Shown: positions 28,933 through 39,544 of the stretch, in pieces
How the letters are laid out: each line of letters opens with the position of its first letter
How positions within the stretch are numbered: position 1 is the first letter of the stretch
Assembly: GCA_044070495.1 (NCBI GenBank)
Contig: JBIPSI010000002.1
Span: 96,001 to 160,000 of the forward strand
Direction of reading: 5' to 3'
Length of the DNA: 64,000 nucleotides
Source of the DNA: Spirulina sp.
GTDB lineage: Bacteria; Cyanobacteriota; Cyanobacteriia; Phormidesmidales; Phormidesmidaceae
Made by a program: the position numbers and the translations under genes
The notes under the pieces: generated by a model
Database searches by the model: none
The model's input: the letters and a program-made list of their open reading frames with translations, nothing else
Told to the model about the DNA's origin: nothing

Positions 28933-31218
28933 CTAACGGCTGAGGGAGAATTGGGTGGGCAGCGAGACCGTAAAACAAGTGCTGTGGGCATCGCTGGCGA
29001 CGGCCACTTCGCCCCCCAAATGCCGACAAAGCTTGCGTACCAAGGCCAGACCAAGACCTGTGCCGCCCTGCTTCCAGGGATCGGCACTGGGCACTCGGTA
29101 GAACTTGTCAAAAATGCGGGTCAGTTCCGATGGGGGGATGGTAACCCCGGTGTTGGTCAGCACGAACTGCACCTGGCTTTGGTGGGAGTGGGGGACAGGT
29201 TCCACATGGATGCTGATGTGCTCACCGGGGGGGGTGTATTTGCAGGCGTTGTTGAGCAATTCCGCTAGAATTCGCTCCAGGCTGGCGAGATCGGTGTGCA
29301 CCACGGGCAAGGTAGGGGCCGTGCTCAGCGTCAGGGTTTGATCTCGGCTTTTGGCACGGGTGATGAAGCTATCCATCAAGCCTGGTAGCCAGGTTCTAAG
29401 CACGATGGGTTCGGTTTGGACGGGGTGGTTGCCCACATCGAGGCGCTGCAAATCGAGCAGGTCGTTAATGAGGCTAATCTCCCGCTCGCATTCCTCTTGC
29501 AGGATGTGGTAGTAGCGGGCGATGCGGCTTTGTTCGGCCTTAGGCTTGTGTAGCTCATCGGCTAGGCTACATTCCTGGGTGAGGGTGACCCCCAACAGTT
29601 GCAGCGCCACCCGCATACTCGTGACAGGGGTGCGCAGTTCGTGGGAGACGGTGCTGAGGAAGTCGTCCTTGAGGGTGTTGAGCCGTTCTAGTTCCGCCAC
29701 CTGCGACTGGGCCGCTTCGTAGAGTCGGGCCTGACGAATGGCAATGGCGCACTGGTTGGCCACCTGCTGCACCAGCCGGATCTCAATGTCGCTAAAGCCG
29801 TAGTCGCGGCCATTGATCAGCCACAGATCCCCTAGCACGCCCCGGTCGTCCAAAACCGGGCAGGCCAGCATGGCCACATAGCCCCGGTCGGGGTTGGGTT
29901 CCATGGAGCAAAACTGGAAGTATTGGCCGTTGAGCAACTGGTCGTAAACCTCTGGGAAGGCTTCCATCTGGGCCACGCGCCCCTGGTAGGCGGGGATGGA
30001 ACTGTTGTAGCTGTTGTACTCGTAGTAAATCGTAGAGGTACCCTGCTCCAAATCATAAAGAGCGGTGTTTGACCCCTTGGCCCCTAGGGCTTCGGTCAGT
30101 TCCTCCACCGCCGTCAGCATAATTTGGTTGACATCTAGGCTGTCGCGCACCCGGTCGGTGATGCGTTTGAGGGTGGCTTCAAAATCTAGGGCGGTTTGCA
30201 GTTGTTCGGTGCGCTGGGCGACCTGCTGCTCTAGAGCGGTGTTGAGTCGCTGCACCTGGTTGTATAAACGGGCTTGCTTAATGGCGCTGCCCACCTGGGT
30301 AGACACCTCCCGCAGGGTTTCAATTTCCCAGCTTTGCCAGGGGCGAGAACCGCTGCGGTGAAGGGCGCATACCAACCCATAGAGGGCGTCTCCCTGCACG
30401 ATAGGCACCACCAGCCCCGCCTGCACCTCCATCTGGGCCAGCCGCTCGCGATAGGCCGACGGCAAGCGCGCGGTGTGGATATCGTCGATCACCTGAATTT
30501 CCCCCTGACAAGACCGCACCAGATCCTGGGCAATCAGGTTTAGCGCCGCTAGGGAATCTCCCAACGTAAAGGGCATGGGCGTTGCGGCAGACTCAGCCAC
30601 GACGCCTCGGTAGTCAGGATCGAAGCTGTAGAACACAACCCAGTCCACCTTCAGAAATCGCCGCACCTCGTTGACGGTGGTTTGCAGCAATTCCTCTGGG
30701 TTCATCGACTGCAATAGGTGTTGGGCAATCGCCCCCAACAGCCGCTCCCGCTCCGACTGTCGCCGCAGGGTTTGTTCCACCTGCTGCTGGGCGGTAATGT
30801 CTTGCAGCGTCACCATCAGCAGCGGGGCTTCCGCTGTCGCCGCTACTACGGGGGCAATGCTCACAATCAGAGCCCGTGGAGGCCCATCCCCACTGGGCAA
30901 CAACACCTGCGTGGATTGCCGCTGCCCCGTTGCCAATGTTTGCCGTTCTGCGGCCAAAAAGACCTCCGCCACCGCCGGAGGCAAAATATCTAGCTCCGAC
31001 TTCCCTACCAAGTCCTCCGTGGTGTAGCCTAGCAATTCTCGGTAGGCCCGATTGAGAAACAGCCAACTGTGGAGATGATTTTTAATCCCCACCGGGGCCG
31101 CCACCACATTGAATAATTGATCAAAGCCATCCTGCAACAGTCGCCCCTGGCAGTCGCGACAGTGATCGAGATCTTGGGCAGGCAGGGAAGATGCCACAAA
31201 GGGGGTTGGGTTAGTCAT
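28933..31218 (-). CDS. PAS-GAF-GAF sensor histidine kinase
   Basis: H-box FLSTVSHELRTP, N-box ELLNNACKY, G2 GGTGLGL, two GAF-like segments and an N-terminal PAS domain. Confidence 0.9.
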   Translation of the reverse strand: MTNPTPFVASSLPAQDLDHCRDCQGRLLQDGFDQLFNVVAAPVGIKNHLHSWLFLNRAYRELLGYTTEDLVGKSELDILPPAVAEVFLAAERQTLATGQRQSTQVLLPSGDGPPRALIVSIAPVVAATAEAPLLMVTLQDITAQQQVEQTLRRQSERERLLGAIAQHLLQSMNPEELLQTTVNEVRRFLKVDWVVFYSFDPDYRGVVAESAATPMPFTLGDSLAALNLIAQDLVRSCQGEIQVIDDIHTARLPSAYRERLAQMEVQAGLVVPIVQGDALYGLVCALHRSGSRPWQSWEIETLREVSTQVGSAIKQARLYNQVQRLNTALEQQVAQRTEQLQTALDFEATLKRITDRVRDSLDVNQIMLTAVEELTEALGAKGSNTALYDLEQGTSTIYYEYNSYNSSIPAYQGRVAQMEAFPEVYDQLLNGQYFQFCSMEPNPDRGYVAMLACPVLDDRGVLGDLWLINGRDYGFSDIEIRLVQQVANQCAIAIRQARLYEAAQSQVAELERLNTLKDDFLSTVSHELRTPVTSMRVALQLLGVTLTQECSLADELHKPKAEQSRIARYYHILQEECEREISLINDLLDLQRLDVGNHPVQTEPIVLRTWLPGLMDSFITRAKSRDQTLTLSTAPTLPVVHTDLASLERILAELLNNACKYTPPGEHISIHVEPVPHSHQSQVQFVLTNTGVTIPPSELTRIFDKFYRVPSADPWKQGGTGLGLALVRKLCRHLGGEVAVASDAHSTCFTVSLPTQFSLSR

Positions 31219-31782
31219 AGGGTTAGCGGAGGTCTAACGGGTGGGGCGCGCTAGGGTGAGACAAACCAAGGAGCAATGCAAAGGAGAAGTAGGCTCTGAA
31301 TTAGCTCTGAATTAACTGTGCCCTAAATACAACCCCAACAAACAGGGCTAGGTCACGTTGATCCGGCGTGGGCAGACGATAGAGGTAGAAAAACGCGTTT
31401 GTTATGGAGGAAGTAATGCCGAAACTTGGTTATGACGTAGCTTTTAATGATAGCAATGACGGGTCTGGGAACCTTCGGGTAACGCGAAGGATGTGAAGAT
31501 TGCCGATGTAGCTATTCTATCGCTGCGTGGCCAGGCCGATGCCTCTGCTTGGTCAAGGGACTACCTCAACCGCCCTGAAGCCGTCCAGGGGAATGGAACG
31601 CTACACCGCAAAACGGGAACTCCCCTCATTACAATAAGTAGAACGGCAATTGTCGAACTATCCCTTGAATATAAATTGACATCGGTTGGGCAGGGTAAGC
31701 CTCTGGCCCGCCGCTCAACCCGTTGATCCGACAGCTAAGATGGCTGTTCTGCCCTCATTCCCGTTACCAGGCCAACTGTTCC

Positions 31783-33420
31783 ATGACCCAAGCCGCCGCC
31801 CTGCCCGCCTCTGAAATTGCCAAAGCCGTGGAGCAACGGCGCAATTTCGCCATCATTTCCCACCCCGACGCCGGGAAAACAACGCTGACGGAAAAGCTGC
31901 TGCTGTACGGGGGTGCCATCCAAGAGGCCGGGGCGGTGAAGGCCAAACGGGCCCAGCGCAGCGCCACCTCAGACTGGATGGAACTGGAGCAACAGCGGGG
32001 GATTTCCATCACCTCCACGGTGTTGCAGTTTGCCTACGGCGGCTACACCATCAATTTGCTAGATACCCCCGGCCACCAAGACTTCAGCGAAGACACCTAT
32101 CGCACCCTGGCGGCTGCCGACAATGCAGTGATGCTGGAGGATGCGGCCAAGGGTCTGGAACCCCAAACCCTGAAGCTGTTTGAGGTGTGCCGGATGCGGT
32201 CATTGCCCATCTTCACCTTTTTTAACAAGATGGATCGGCCTGCCCGTGAGCCATTGGAACTACTGGATGAAATTGAGCAGCGCCTCGATTTGCAGACCTA
32301 CGCCGTCAACTGGCCCATCGGCATGGGAGAGCGCTTCAAGGGGGTGTTTGACCGTCGCACTCGCCAAATTCACCTGTTTGAACGCACCGCCCACGGCAAA
32401 CGGGCCGCCAAGGACACCGTCATTGACCTGGGCGATCCGCGCATTGAAGACCTGTTAGAACAGGATCTCTACTACCAATTCAAAGAAGAACTGGAGGTCA
32501 TCGAAGAACTGGGGCCAGAGCTGGATCTAGAGGCCGTCCACGCCGGACAAATGACCCCCGTCTTCTTCGGCAGCGCCATGACTAACTTTGGCGTCCAGCT
32601 CTTTTTGGATGCCTTTTTGGACTACGCCCTCAAGCCCTCCCCCCGCGACAGCACCATTGGCGAAGTGCCCCCCACCCACGAGGAATTCTCCGGGTTTGTG
32701 TTCAAGCTTCAGGCCAATATGGATCCCAAACACCGCGACCGGGTGGCCTTTGTGCGGGTCTGTTCCGGCAAGTTTGAGAAGGACATGGTGGTCAACCACG
32801 CCCGGTCTGGCAAAACCGTGCGCCTGTCTCACCCCCAAAAGCTGTTTGCCCAAGGCCGCGAATCCCTCGAAGAAGCCTTCCCCGGCGATGTGATTGGCCT
32901 TAACAACCCTGGCGTGTTTGCCATTGGCGACACCATCTATCAGGGGCAGCGCCTAGAGTACGAAGGCATTCCCTGCTTTTCGCCAGAAATTTTCGCCTAC
33001 CTCAAAAACCCTAACCCCTCCAAATACAAGCAGTTTCAAAAGGGCGTGCTCGAACTGCGAGAAGAAGGGGCGGTGCAGATCATGTTCTCCGCCGACGAAG
33101 CCAAACGCGACCCGATTCTAGCGGCGGTGGGGCAGCTTCAGTTTGAGGTGGTGCAGTTCCGCATGAAAAACGAATACAACGTAGACACCACCCTCGAACT
33201 GCTGCCCTACTCCGTGGCCCGCTGGGTGGAGGGCGGCTGGGACGCCCTAGAAAAGGCCGGACGACTGTTCAACACCGTGGTGGTCAAAGATAGCTGGAAT
33301 CGCCCGGTGCTGCTGTTCCGCAACGAATGGAACTGCCAGCAAATCGCCGCTGATCACCCAGAACTGAAGCTCAGCACCATTGCCCCGGTCTCCTCCGGCA
33401 AGGAACCCGCCAGCCTATAG
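31783..33420 (+). CDS. prfC: Peptide chain release factor 3
   Basis: [28 protein letters not shown] and [14 protein letters not shown] motifs. Confidence 0.97.
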   Translation: MTQAAALPASEIAKAVEQRRNFAIISHPDAGKTTLTEKLLLYGGAIQEAGAVKAKRAQRSATSDWMELEQQRGISITSTVLQFAYGGYTINLLDTPGHQDFSEDTYRTLAAADNAVMLEDAAKGLEPQTLKLFEVCRMRSLPIFTFFNKMDRPAREPLELLDEIEQRLDLQTYAVNWPIGMGERFKGVFDRRTRQIHLFERTAHGKRAAKDTVIDLGDPRIEDLLEQDLYYQFKEELEVIEELGPELDLEAVHAGQMTPVFFGSAMTNFGVQLFLDAFLDYALKPSPRDSTIGEVPPTHEEFSGFVFKLQANMDPKHRDRVAFVRVCSGKFEKDMVVNHARSGKTVRLSHPQKLFAQGRESLEEAFPGDVIGLNNPGVFAIGDTIYQGQRLEYEGIPCFSPEIFAYLKNPNPSKYKQFQKGVLELREEGAVQIMFSADEAKRDPILAAVGQLQFEVVQFRMKNEYNVDTTLELLPYSVARWVEGGWDALEKAGRLFNTVVVKDSWNRPVLLFRNEWNCQQIAADHPELKLSTIAPVSSGKEPASL

Positions 33421-33524
33421 GGTCTCGGTTGAGGGAAATAGGGAAGTAGGAGAGGTCAATCACATGGAGATATAAACCAGCAAATCGCCACCATATTGCA
33501 GGAAAAGTATTGCAGGAAAAGTTC

Positions 33525-33620
33525 GTAGATCTAACCGACTACCACGCTCAATACTTCGCCTATGAGCTAACCCGGCGGTTTTCGTCGGATCGACTGGAGA
33601 AGCTGGCCGTTACCTTTGCG
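33525..33620 (+). pseudogene. N-terminal fragment of an SNF2-related helicase gene
   Basis: Translates as VDLTDYHAQYFAYELTRRFSSDRLEKLAVTFA. This resembles the LTDYHAKYFAYELT...EKLA N-terminus of SNF2 helicases from restriction-modification-like islands, and ends at the IS1 end. Confidence 0.55.
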
Positions 33621-33769
33621 GGTAGTGCCTTTTAGTACAAGGACAGAGGAAAAGACGGACTCTTCCCTTTCTGCCAGTCTCTCTATATCTCGACGATTGT
33701 AGTCATGGATGAACATCCAGATGGCTCCAATGTGATTCTCGATCTTCTTAGAGAACGACGAGGAGTGGG
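33621..33769 (-). mobile_element. IS1-family remnant: transposase C-terminus plus one terminal repeat
   Basis: SFSKKIENHIGAIWMFIHDYN is typical of cyanobacterial IS1 transposase C-termini. The end GGTAGTG at 33621 is IS1-like. The rest of the element is missing. Confidence 0.75.
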
Positions 33770-34813
33770 TTATTGCTTCAACGTCCTCGGATCTAAAGCA
33801 TCGCGCAGGCCGTCGCCCAGTAGGTTGAAGGCGAGGGATGTGACCACAATTAAAATAGCCGGGGGCCACACTAGCCAGGGTTGCAGCACCAGAATCGAGG
33901 CATTGGTGGCGAGGGTGAGCATATTGCCCCAGGAGGCATCGGGTTGTTGGATGCCGAGGCCAATGAAGCTCAGCACCGCTTCGGCGAGGATGAAGCCGGG
34001 GATGGCCAGGGTGGCGGCGATGATGCCGTAGGTGGCGGTTTGGGGCAGCACGTGGCGGGTGATGATGTAGAGCGGACGGCCCCCCATGACGCGACTGGCC
34101 TGCACGAAGTCTTGCTCTTTGATGGAGAGCACTTGGCCACGGATCACCCGCGCCAATCCGGCCCAGCCCACCAGGGAGGTAATCAGCACGATTAGGAAGA
34201 AGCGCTGGATGCTGCTGAGGCCAGCGGGGAGGACAGCGGCGAGGGCCACCAGCAGGTAAATGCTAGGGATGGTCATCAGCACTTCCACAAAGCGCATGAG
34301 GACGGCATCGACCATGCCACCAAAGTATCCGGCGATGCCGCCCACCAGAAGCCCCAAGGGGAAGGAAATGATGATGCCGATGAGGCCCACCGCCAGGCTA
34401 ACGCGGCTGCCGTGGATGAGGCGGCTGAACTGGTCGCGGGCCTGTTCGTCGGTGCCCAGCAGGTTGAGGTAGCCGGGGCCAGTGGTGTCTAGGAGTTTGA
34501 GTTGGCCCTCGGCGTTGCGGTGCAGAATGCGCAGGGCGGAGGGCTGGCTGCGGTCTACGATCAGTTCCCGTGCCCCGGTGTCGATATCGACTGGGCCTTG
34601 GGTGGTGGGGTAGACGTGGGGGAAGAAGCGCCCGGTGTCGGCGTCGCGCCAGTAGATTTGGGTGGGCGGCAACAGGGAACCGTTGGCCTGGGTGGCGTAG
34701 GGGCTGTAGGGCGCGAAGAAGTCGGCCCCAAGGGCGACCGTGTAAAGCACGATCAGCAACACAGCCCCCAGTTGGGCCAGACGATTGGTTTTAAGTTTGC
34801 GCCACCAGGTCAT
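33770..34813 (-). CDS. Peptide ABC transporter permease (OppC/DppC type)
   Basis: LLGTDEQARDQFSR, ARVIRGQVL and LAFNLLGDGLRDALDP motifs. Confidence 0.92.
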   Translation of the reverse strand: MTWWRKLKTNRLAQLGAVLLIVLYTVALGADFFAPYSPYATQANGSLLPPTQIYWRDADTGRFFPHVYPTTQGPVDIDTGARELIVDRSQPSALRILHRNAEGQLKLLDTTGPGYLNLLGTDEQARDQFSRLIHGSRVSLAVGLIGIIISFPLGLLVGGIAGYFGGMVDAVLMRFVEVLMTIPSIYLLVALAAVLPAGLSSIQRFFLIVLITSLVGWAGLARVIRGQVLSIKEQDFVQASRVMGGRPLYIITRHVLPQTATYGIIAATLAIPGFILAEAVLSFIGLGIQQPDASWGNMLTLATNASILVLQPWLVWPPAILIVVTSLAFNLLGDGLRDALDPRTLKQ

Positions 34814-34819
34814 AGCCGA

Positions 34820-35668
34820 TTATGTATGGATTACGGTTTTCTCGTTCTCCACCATAAACACATTTGAGTAAAGGTTCGCAATAATTTGCTTACCTTCCTG
34901 GGTCAGCGACAGGTAGCGTAGGCCATCTTGGATGTAGGGATGCACCACGTTCCAATAGAAGCCGGGGTAGTTGGCGCGCAGATCGGCGGGATGTTTGTAG
35001 CCGAGGTGCTTGTTTTGTCCGGTTTCCTCAAATTCGTAGAACAGGGCACCGATTTTCTTGAGGTAGCGGGGATCGCTAAGCTGGCCGATCAGATCCGCCG
35101 CCCGCACCAGGCCAGGGAAATGCTGGGTGTCTTGGTGGTCTTCCTCCTTGGGCACCGGGAAACGGGTGAGTTCGATGTTGCGCTTGATGACTTCGGCGTT
35201 GATTAGCTTATTGCCGCCAAAGCGTTCTTCAATGAATCGCTTGCCCCGGTCTACGTGGTAGGGCGTTAGGGAGGCATCGGAGGCCCCTGGTTGCAACATC
35301 ACCATTTCGTCGCCTTGTCCGGTGGAATAGAGGTGGTTGCGGTCTTGGTCGTGGCGGCAGACGCCTTTGACGTAGCCAATGTCATGGCAGACCAGGGAAA
35401 TAATAAAGTGCATCCAATCGTCGCAGGTGACGCCGCCCTCACGGATGTGCTTGCCGCGCAGAATTTCTTGCCCCACCAGGGCGACCAAAATCGTGTGCTC
35501 GACATTGTGGTAGAGAGCGTCGCTGTTGGCGATATTTTCTAGGGCCATGCTGCCTGCCCAGGCAATGATGTCTTCGTAGTCGGGGTTTTGGCCGCCATAG
35601 GTGCGGTGGTAGCCCGCCCTAAGTTTGGAGACAAAGTCGCTGATGAGGAGTTCGGTGGCGTTAAACAT
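34820..35668 (-). CDS. HD domain metalloprotein (Npun_R2479-like family)
   Basis: YHNVEHT, CHDIGY, YHVDR and RAADLIGQL motifs. Confidence 0.85.
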   Translation of the reverse strand: MFNATELLISDFVSKLRAGYHRTYGGQNPDYEDIIAWAGSMALENIANSDALYHNVEHTILVALVGQEILRGKHIREGGVTCDDWMHFIISLVCHDIGYVKGVCRHDQDRNHLYSTGQGDEMVMLQPGASDASLTPYHVDRGKRFIEERFGGNKLINAEVIKRNIELTRFPVPKEEDHQDTQHFPGLVRAADLIGQLSDPRYLKKIGALFYEFEETGQNKHLGYKHPADLRANYPGFYWNVVHPYIQDGLRYLSLTQEGKQIIANLYSNVFMVENEKTVIHT

Positions 35669-36113
35669 TCCCAAAACCTGCCTTCGTTAGCCTGAGTGAA
35701 CGGTGAAACCGGAGATAGCCGCTGCTGTGAGCCTGGAGGGTAAAGGGTGACGATGGCTGGGAACTCGACTCACGGGCTTTGATGAGTAAAGGTACCAGGT
35801 TTCTCTATTGTGTACCTACTGCTATTACACCAAACCTGCCCTATTTTGAGGTGTGATGCAGGTCAGGCTGATCGATGAGATAGGCCACGTCAGCCCATTT
35901 CCCAGGCTTAGGGTGCCCCCAAGCCCAACTAAATCTCCAGGATTCGCCCTGAAAAATCAACATTTTTTAATCTTTACAGATGGCCCACAGCGGTTGGTGG
36001 CGGTGGGATGGTCTTCTCTCCCAATGCTGCGCTAACCCTGCGCTAGGTCTCCCTAGCGGGGTCTCTATGCTCACGGTATCAGGACAAAACCAACCGATCT
36101 GCTCAGCCGACCT

Positions 36114-36965
36114 TCAATGACTCTGGCTTTTATCAGTGTTTGGACGAGCTACAGGGGATGTAGTAGAGGGAATAAAGGGTTCTAGAAGCTGCCCTGCTAG
36201 GGATGGCGCTATAGCCTGATTAAGGCCGTATTTCCCCGGCCAGCGTCTTTTGGGCAGGTATAGGGTACCAAATAGTTTGTCTACCCAAGGGAAAATAGCA
36301 GCGTAGTTTTTGTCGTAATGTTCTGGTGAGTCATTGGTATGGTGCCAGTGATGAAATGCCGGAGTGGCTACGATCCTCTCTAACCACCCAAAACGCCAGG
36401 ATAAATTGGCATGGATAAAGAAACTCCAGATAGTGCCAACGATTGTGTAGACCAACGGCACGATATCGACCGTTTCTCCGGTGGGCTGAGCCAAGCCCAA
36501 TACATAAATAGGCATCAGACCACACAGCCGCAGAAAGAAAATATCTAGAGGATGGGCGCGGGTATTGACCAGCCAGTCCATTTCTTCAGGGCTGTGGTGA
36601 ATCGCGTGGAAGCGCCATAGGATGGGGAATTCATGCATCCAGCGGTGGCCCCAATAGCTGCCGAACTCTCCCACAATGATGGCCAGTAGCAGGCGAACCT
36701 CCACTGACAAACTGGCCATTCCCCCGTACAGACCGATGGGCTCAAGGCGATGAACAATCCAGGCCACCATCGACAGGGGCAACACTAACAGCATTTGCGG
36801 CAACAAACTATTCAAAAAGAAATAGGCAATGTCTATCGAGAATTCCTTACGAAATATCTGCTGTTTGTTCTGAGGACTAAGTCTTTCTAGGGGGACAAAA
36901 AGGATCAGTAACAACCCTAACCAAACCGATAATCTAACGACATTTAATACGAGGGACGAGAGCAT
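36114..36965 (-). CDS. Sterol desaturase / fatty acid hydroxylase family protein
   Basis: His boxes HRWMH, HAIHH, HAN and HHWHH, plus transmembrane segments. Confidence 0.9.
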   Translation of the reverse strand: MLSSLVLNVVRLSVWLGLLLILFVPLERLSPQNKQQIFRKEFSIDIAYFFLNSLLPQMLLVLPLSMVAWIVHRLEPIGLYGGMASLSVEVRLLLAIIVGEFGSYWGHRWMHEFPILWRFHAIHHSPEEMDWLVNTRAHPLDIFFLRLCGLMPIYVLGLAQPTGETVDIVPLVYTIVGTIWSFFIHANLSWRFGWLERIVATPAFHHWHHTNDSPEHYDKNYAAIFPWVDKLFGTLYLPKRRWPGKYGLNQAIAPSLAGQLLEPFIPSTTSPVARPNTDKSQSH

Positions 36966-37129
36966 GGGTCGAGTCTATCTTGAGATCTTGGTCAGTCCGG
37001 CGAGTGTCACAACGCTAACAAACGTACTGCTTCAACCTGATAGGATGAAGCAGTACGCGTTCAATCAACTAGCATCTACGAAAGTTGATGAAGGCCGAGT
37101 TCCTGGGGGCCTGCAAAATCTCCAGGAAC

Positions 37130-37951
37130 TTATTCTTCAGCCTCCTCTGAACCTTCGCCCTTGCGCTTGCGCAGAGCCGCCACACCCAGACCAACCAGAC
37201 CGGGCAGCAGGGCCGGGGTGGGAACTTCGCTGACAGAAACCCCAGACAGCAGAGAGAAGGGCGGCTGACCAGCGGGAGAACCCGTAGCCAGGAAGCTCAA
37301 CACCTCAGTGGAACTGGTGGCCGTGAAGTTCATGGTGACCTGTTGCCAGCCGCTCACAGGAGCTTTGCTGGGATGGAGCATCGTGGGCGAGGTCTGACTA
37401 GCCCCACCGAAGCTCACAGTCCAGCCACTCTGAGAGTCGCCATCAAACCCGTCTTGCTGACCAGCGGCCTGCCAGAAGCTCACGGTATATTGCAGACCTT
37501 GGGTGAGACCAGTCAAGGTTTGGCTGACGCTAGGGATGCTCGCAGCCGAGGGGAAAGCCCCATCCATTGCGATAAACCAACCCGAACCGTCAGCACTATT
37601 AACAGTCTGACCTTGAGAGTACAACCTTACTGGAATACCACCAGGGCCTTCAAGGAAAGAATTATTCGGATCAACATCAGGGCCATCCGCATTCATGTCG
37701 GTTGTAGCTGCATCTCCGTCGGAAAGCAGAAAACCATAAGCCTGGTTGCCAATAGTCCAGCCATCAATGGTGACACCACCACTGCCCAAATAGCCTGAAG
37801 AGGCTCCGCCTAGGCTGTTGTTTGCAAAGCCACCATTGGTGAAGCCCAAGGCATAGGCAGGGGCGCTAATAGCTGACATACCGACCACTGACAGACCAAC
37901 AACGGCGGCCCCAACGGCTTGATTCAGTTGAAACATTTTTGAATTCTCCAA
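37130..37951 (-). CDS. PTPA-CTERM (PEP-CTERM variant) sorted surface protein
   Basis: Signal peptide ending APAYA, Gly/Ser/Thr-rich beta-rich body, C-terminal VPTPALLPGLVGLGVAALRKRK. Start could be 37936. Confidence 0.88.
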   Translation of the reverse strand: MENSKMFQLNQAVGAAVVGLSVVGMSAISAPAYALGFTNGGFANNSLGGASSGYLGSGGVTIDGWTIGNQAYGFLLSDGDAATTDMNADGPDVDPNNSFLEGPGGIPVRLYSQGQTVNSADGSGWFIAMDGAFPSAASIPSVSQTLTGLTQGLQYTVSFWQAAGQQDGFDGDSQSGWTVSFGGASQTSPTMLHPSKAPVSGWQQVTMNFTATSSTEVLSFLATGSPAGQPPFSLLSGVSVSEVPTPALLPGLVGLGVAALRKRKGEGSEEAEE

Positions 37952-38618
37952 TCAATAAACAGGGTGAAATGAACTATTTTGGTAGATCCCTGTCTTAGAA
38001 GATTGGTAGGTTGCACAGACTAAGCCTGATTCAGTTCTTAGCAGGATGATCGAAAGGCATTGCCCTCTAGATACCCATTGCTAGCCTTCAATGGCACCCA
38101 AGTATGGACAGCCTGCTTAAGGCTAGCTGCCCTGGTTTTTAAGGGTGGCCCTGCGAAGTACTTGGGGGTTTTGAACCTTGCGAAAGCTCAGGTATACGGT
38201 TGTGCTGAGGCTAAACCTAGCCTGAACCGAACTTGAGCAAACTCCCCTGATTTTCAGTGTTGATTTGGGAGAAGCCGTAAGGCTCTAACCAAACCACTCT
38301 TTTATAACCTTTTCTTTTAAAGGAAGAATCTGGCCAGTGTGAAGAAATCAATAAGGAGAGAAAGAATGGTGAACATTGCTAGCGTACTCTAGTCGGCGAT
38401 GTTCGCTATTAAGGTACCAAGACACAAAGCTGACCGGGCTCTGGCAACACCAGCCGCGTTCGATTCCGCTCAACCATGGACATCACGCTAAACGTCTGTT
38501 CCACCATAGCGGTGACTTTGGGCAGCGTACCCTTTGCGATCTGTCCCTACAGGTCACTGACTTGGATGAGCGGCGACGACGGTTGTTCCCGTACTGAGAA
38601 CGATAGGTTTCCCTGGTC

Positions 38619-39380
38619 CTAGGGCGAAAACTCGTACTCCTGCATCTCAAGGCGGCAGCCATCCTGTTCATTCAGGGCGCGCTTAATCGGGTTGATGTCG
38701 CGAAAGCCCTCTGGCCCCCGTTGTTCTAGGGAATCGGAAAAGCGATCCGCAAATTCGGCTACGCAGGAGTTACGACTCGTGGCCAGTTGGTCTAGGGCGG
38801 CCTGGGCACCGTTCATATCCCAGGCCGCCACGGCTCCGTGTAGTTGTTCCCAGGCGCGATCATCCTGGGTGTTGGTGGCAACCTGGTTCTGGTAGCGATC
38901 CAAAATCGTAAATGCTAGCCAAAAGCTGAGGCCGAGGATGGTAGCCACCCCCATGGCCAGCAGACAACCCGCCCAGGGGGCACGGTTCGACCGAGGAGAG
39001 CTTTCGGTGTCCCCCTGTTTGGCCAGTTGGGTGTAGTAGGTCACAAAGGGCGGCATTTGATCCATGAACCACACCTCAATGCCAATGCCCTTGAGTTGCT
39101 CGGCAAAGGCGTAGGCCGCTTCCCACTGCTGGTCGGGGGTAAGTCCGGCAATAACAGGTTTTTGGTCAGGGAAATGACTCCGCTGAATCTTTAGATCCCC
39201 CACGGCGGTCTGTAGGTTGGCCTCGGTGAGGGTATGAACACAGTGGATGACGTAGTCCTGGGTCAGGATATCCACTTTCTTTCCGGTGGGCACCGGCACT
39301 TGGCAGTAGACATCGTGCCCATGCTGTTCGAGCCAGCGGGATAGAAAAGCCTGTAGGGTTTCTAGGTTAGGGAACTCCAT
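38619..39380 (-). CDS. Hypothetical single-pass membrane protein
   Basis: 253-aa ORF with a central hydrophobic helix (WAGCLLAMGVATILGLSFWLAF). Confidence 0.7.
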   Translation of the reverse strand: MEFPNLETLQAFLSRWLEQHGHDVYCQVPVPTGKKVDILTQDYVIHCVHTLTEANLQTAVGDLKIQRSHFPDQKPVIAGLTPDQQWEAAYAFAEQLKGIGIEVWFMDQMPPFVTYYTQLAKQGDTESSPRSNRAPWAGCLLAMGVATILGLSFWLAFTILDRYQNQVATNTQDDRAWEQLHGAVAAWDMNGAQAALDQLATSRNSCVAEFADRFSDSLEQRGPEGFRDINPIKRALNEQDGCRLEMQEYEFSP

Positions 39381-39544
39381 AAATGGGGAGATGGCGATGG
39401 GATGAACCGCAGGATAACCTCACGGAAAGCAGCGATTTGCCCTACATCTTATTGCGCATTCCGCTCAGCGACACACGCATTCCATCAAGGCCACCATCCC
39501 ACCCCCCCTCAACGAGGTTGGCAGGATGGTGCGGCGATGATCCC

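Noticed and set aside
33567..33869. 100-aa ORF as an intact gene
   Set aside because: It is a chimera of an alternative frame of the permease, the IS1 tail and the antisense helicase fragment.
38395..38465. c-di-GMP-I riboswitch suggested by GACACAAAGC
   Set aside because: The GNRA-capped P2 stem and the other conserved positions are missing, and no gene follows in that orientation.
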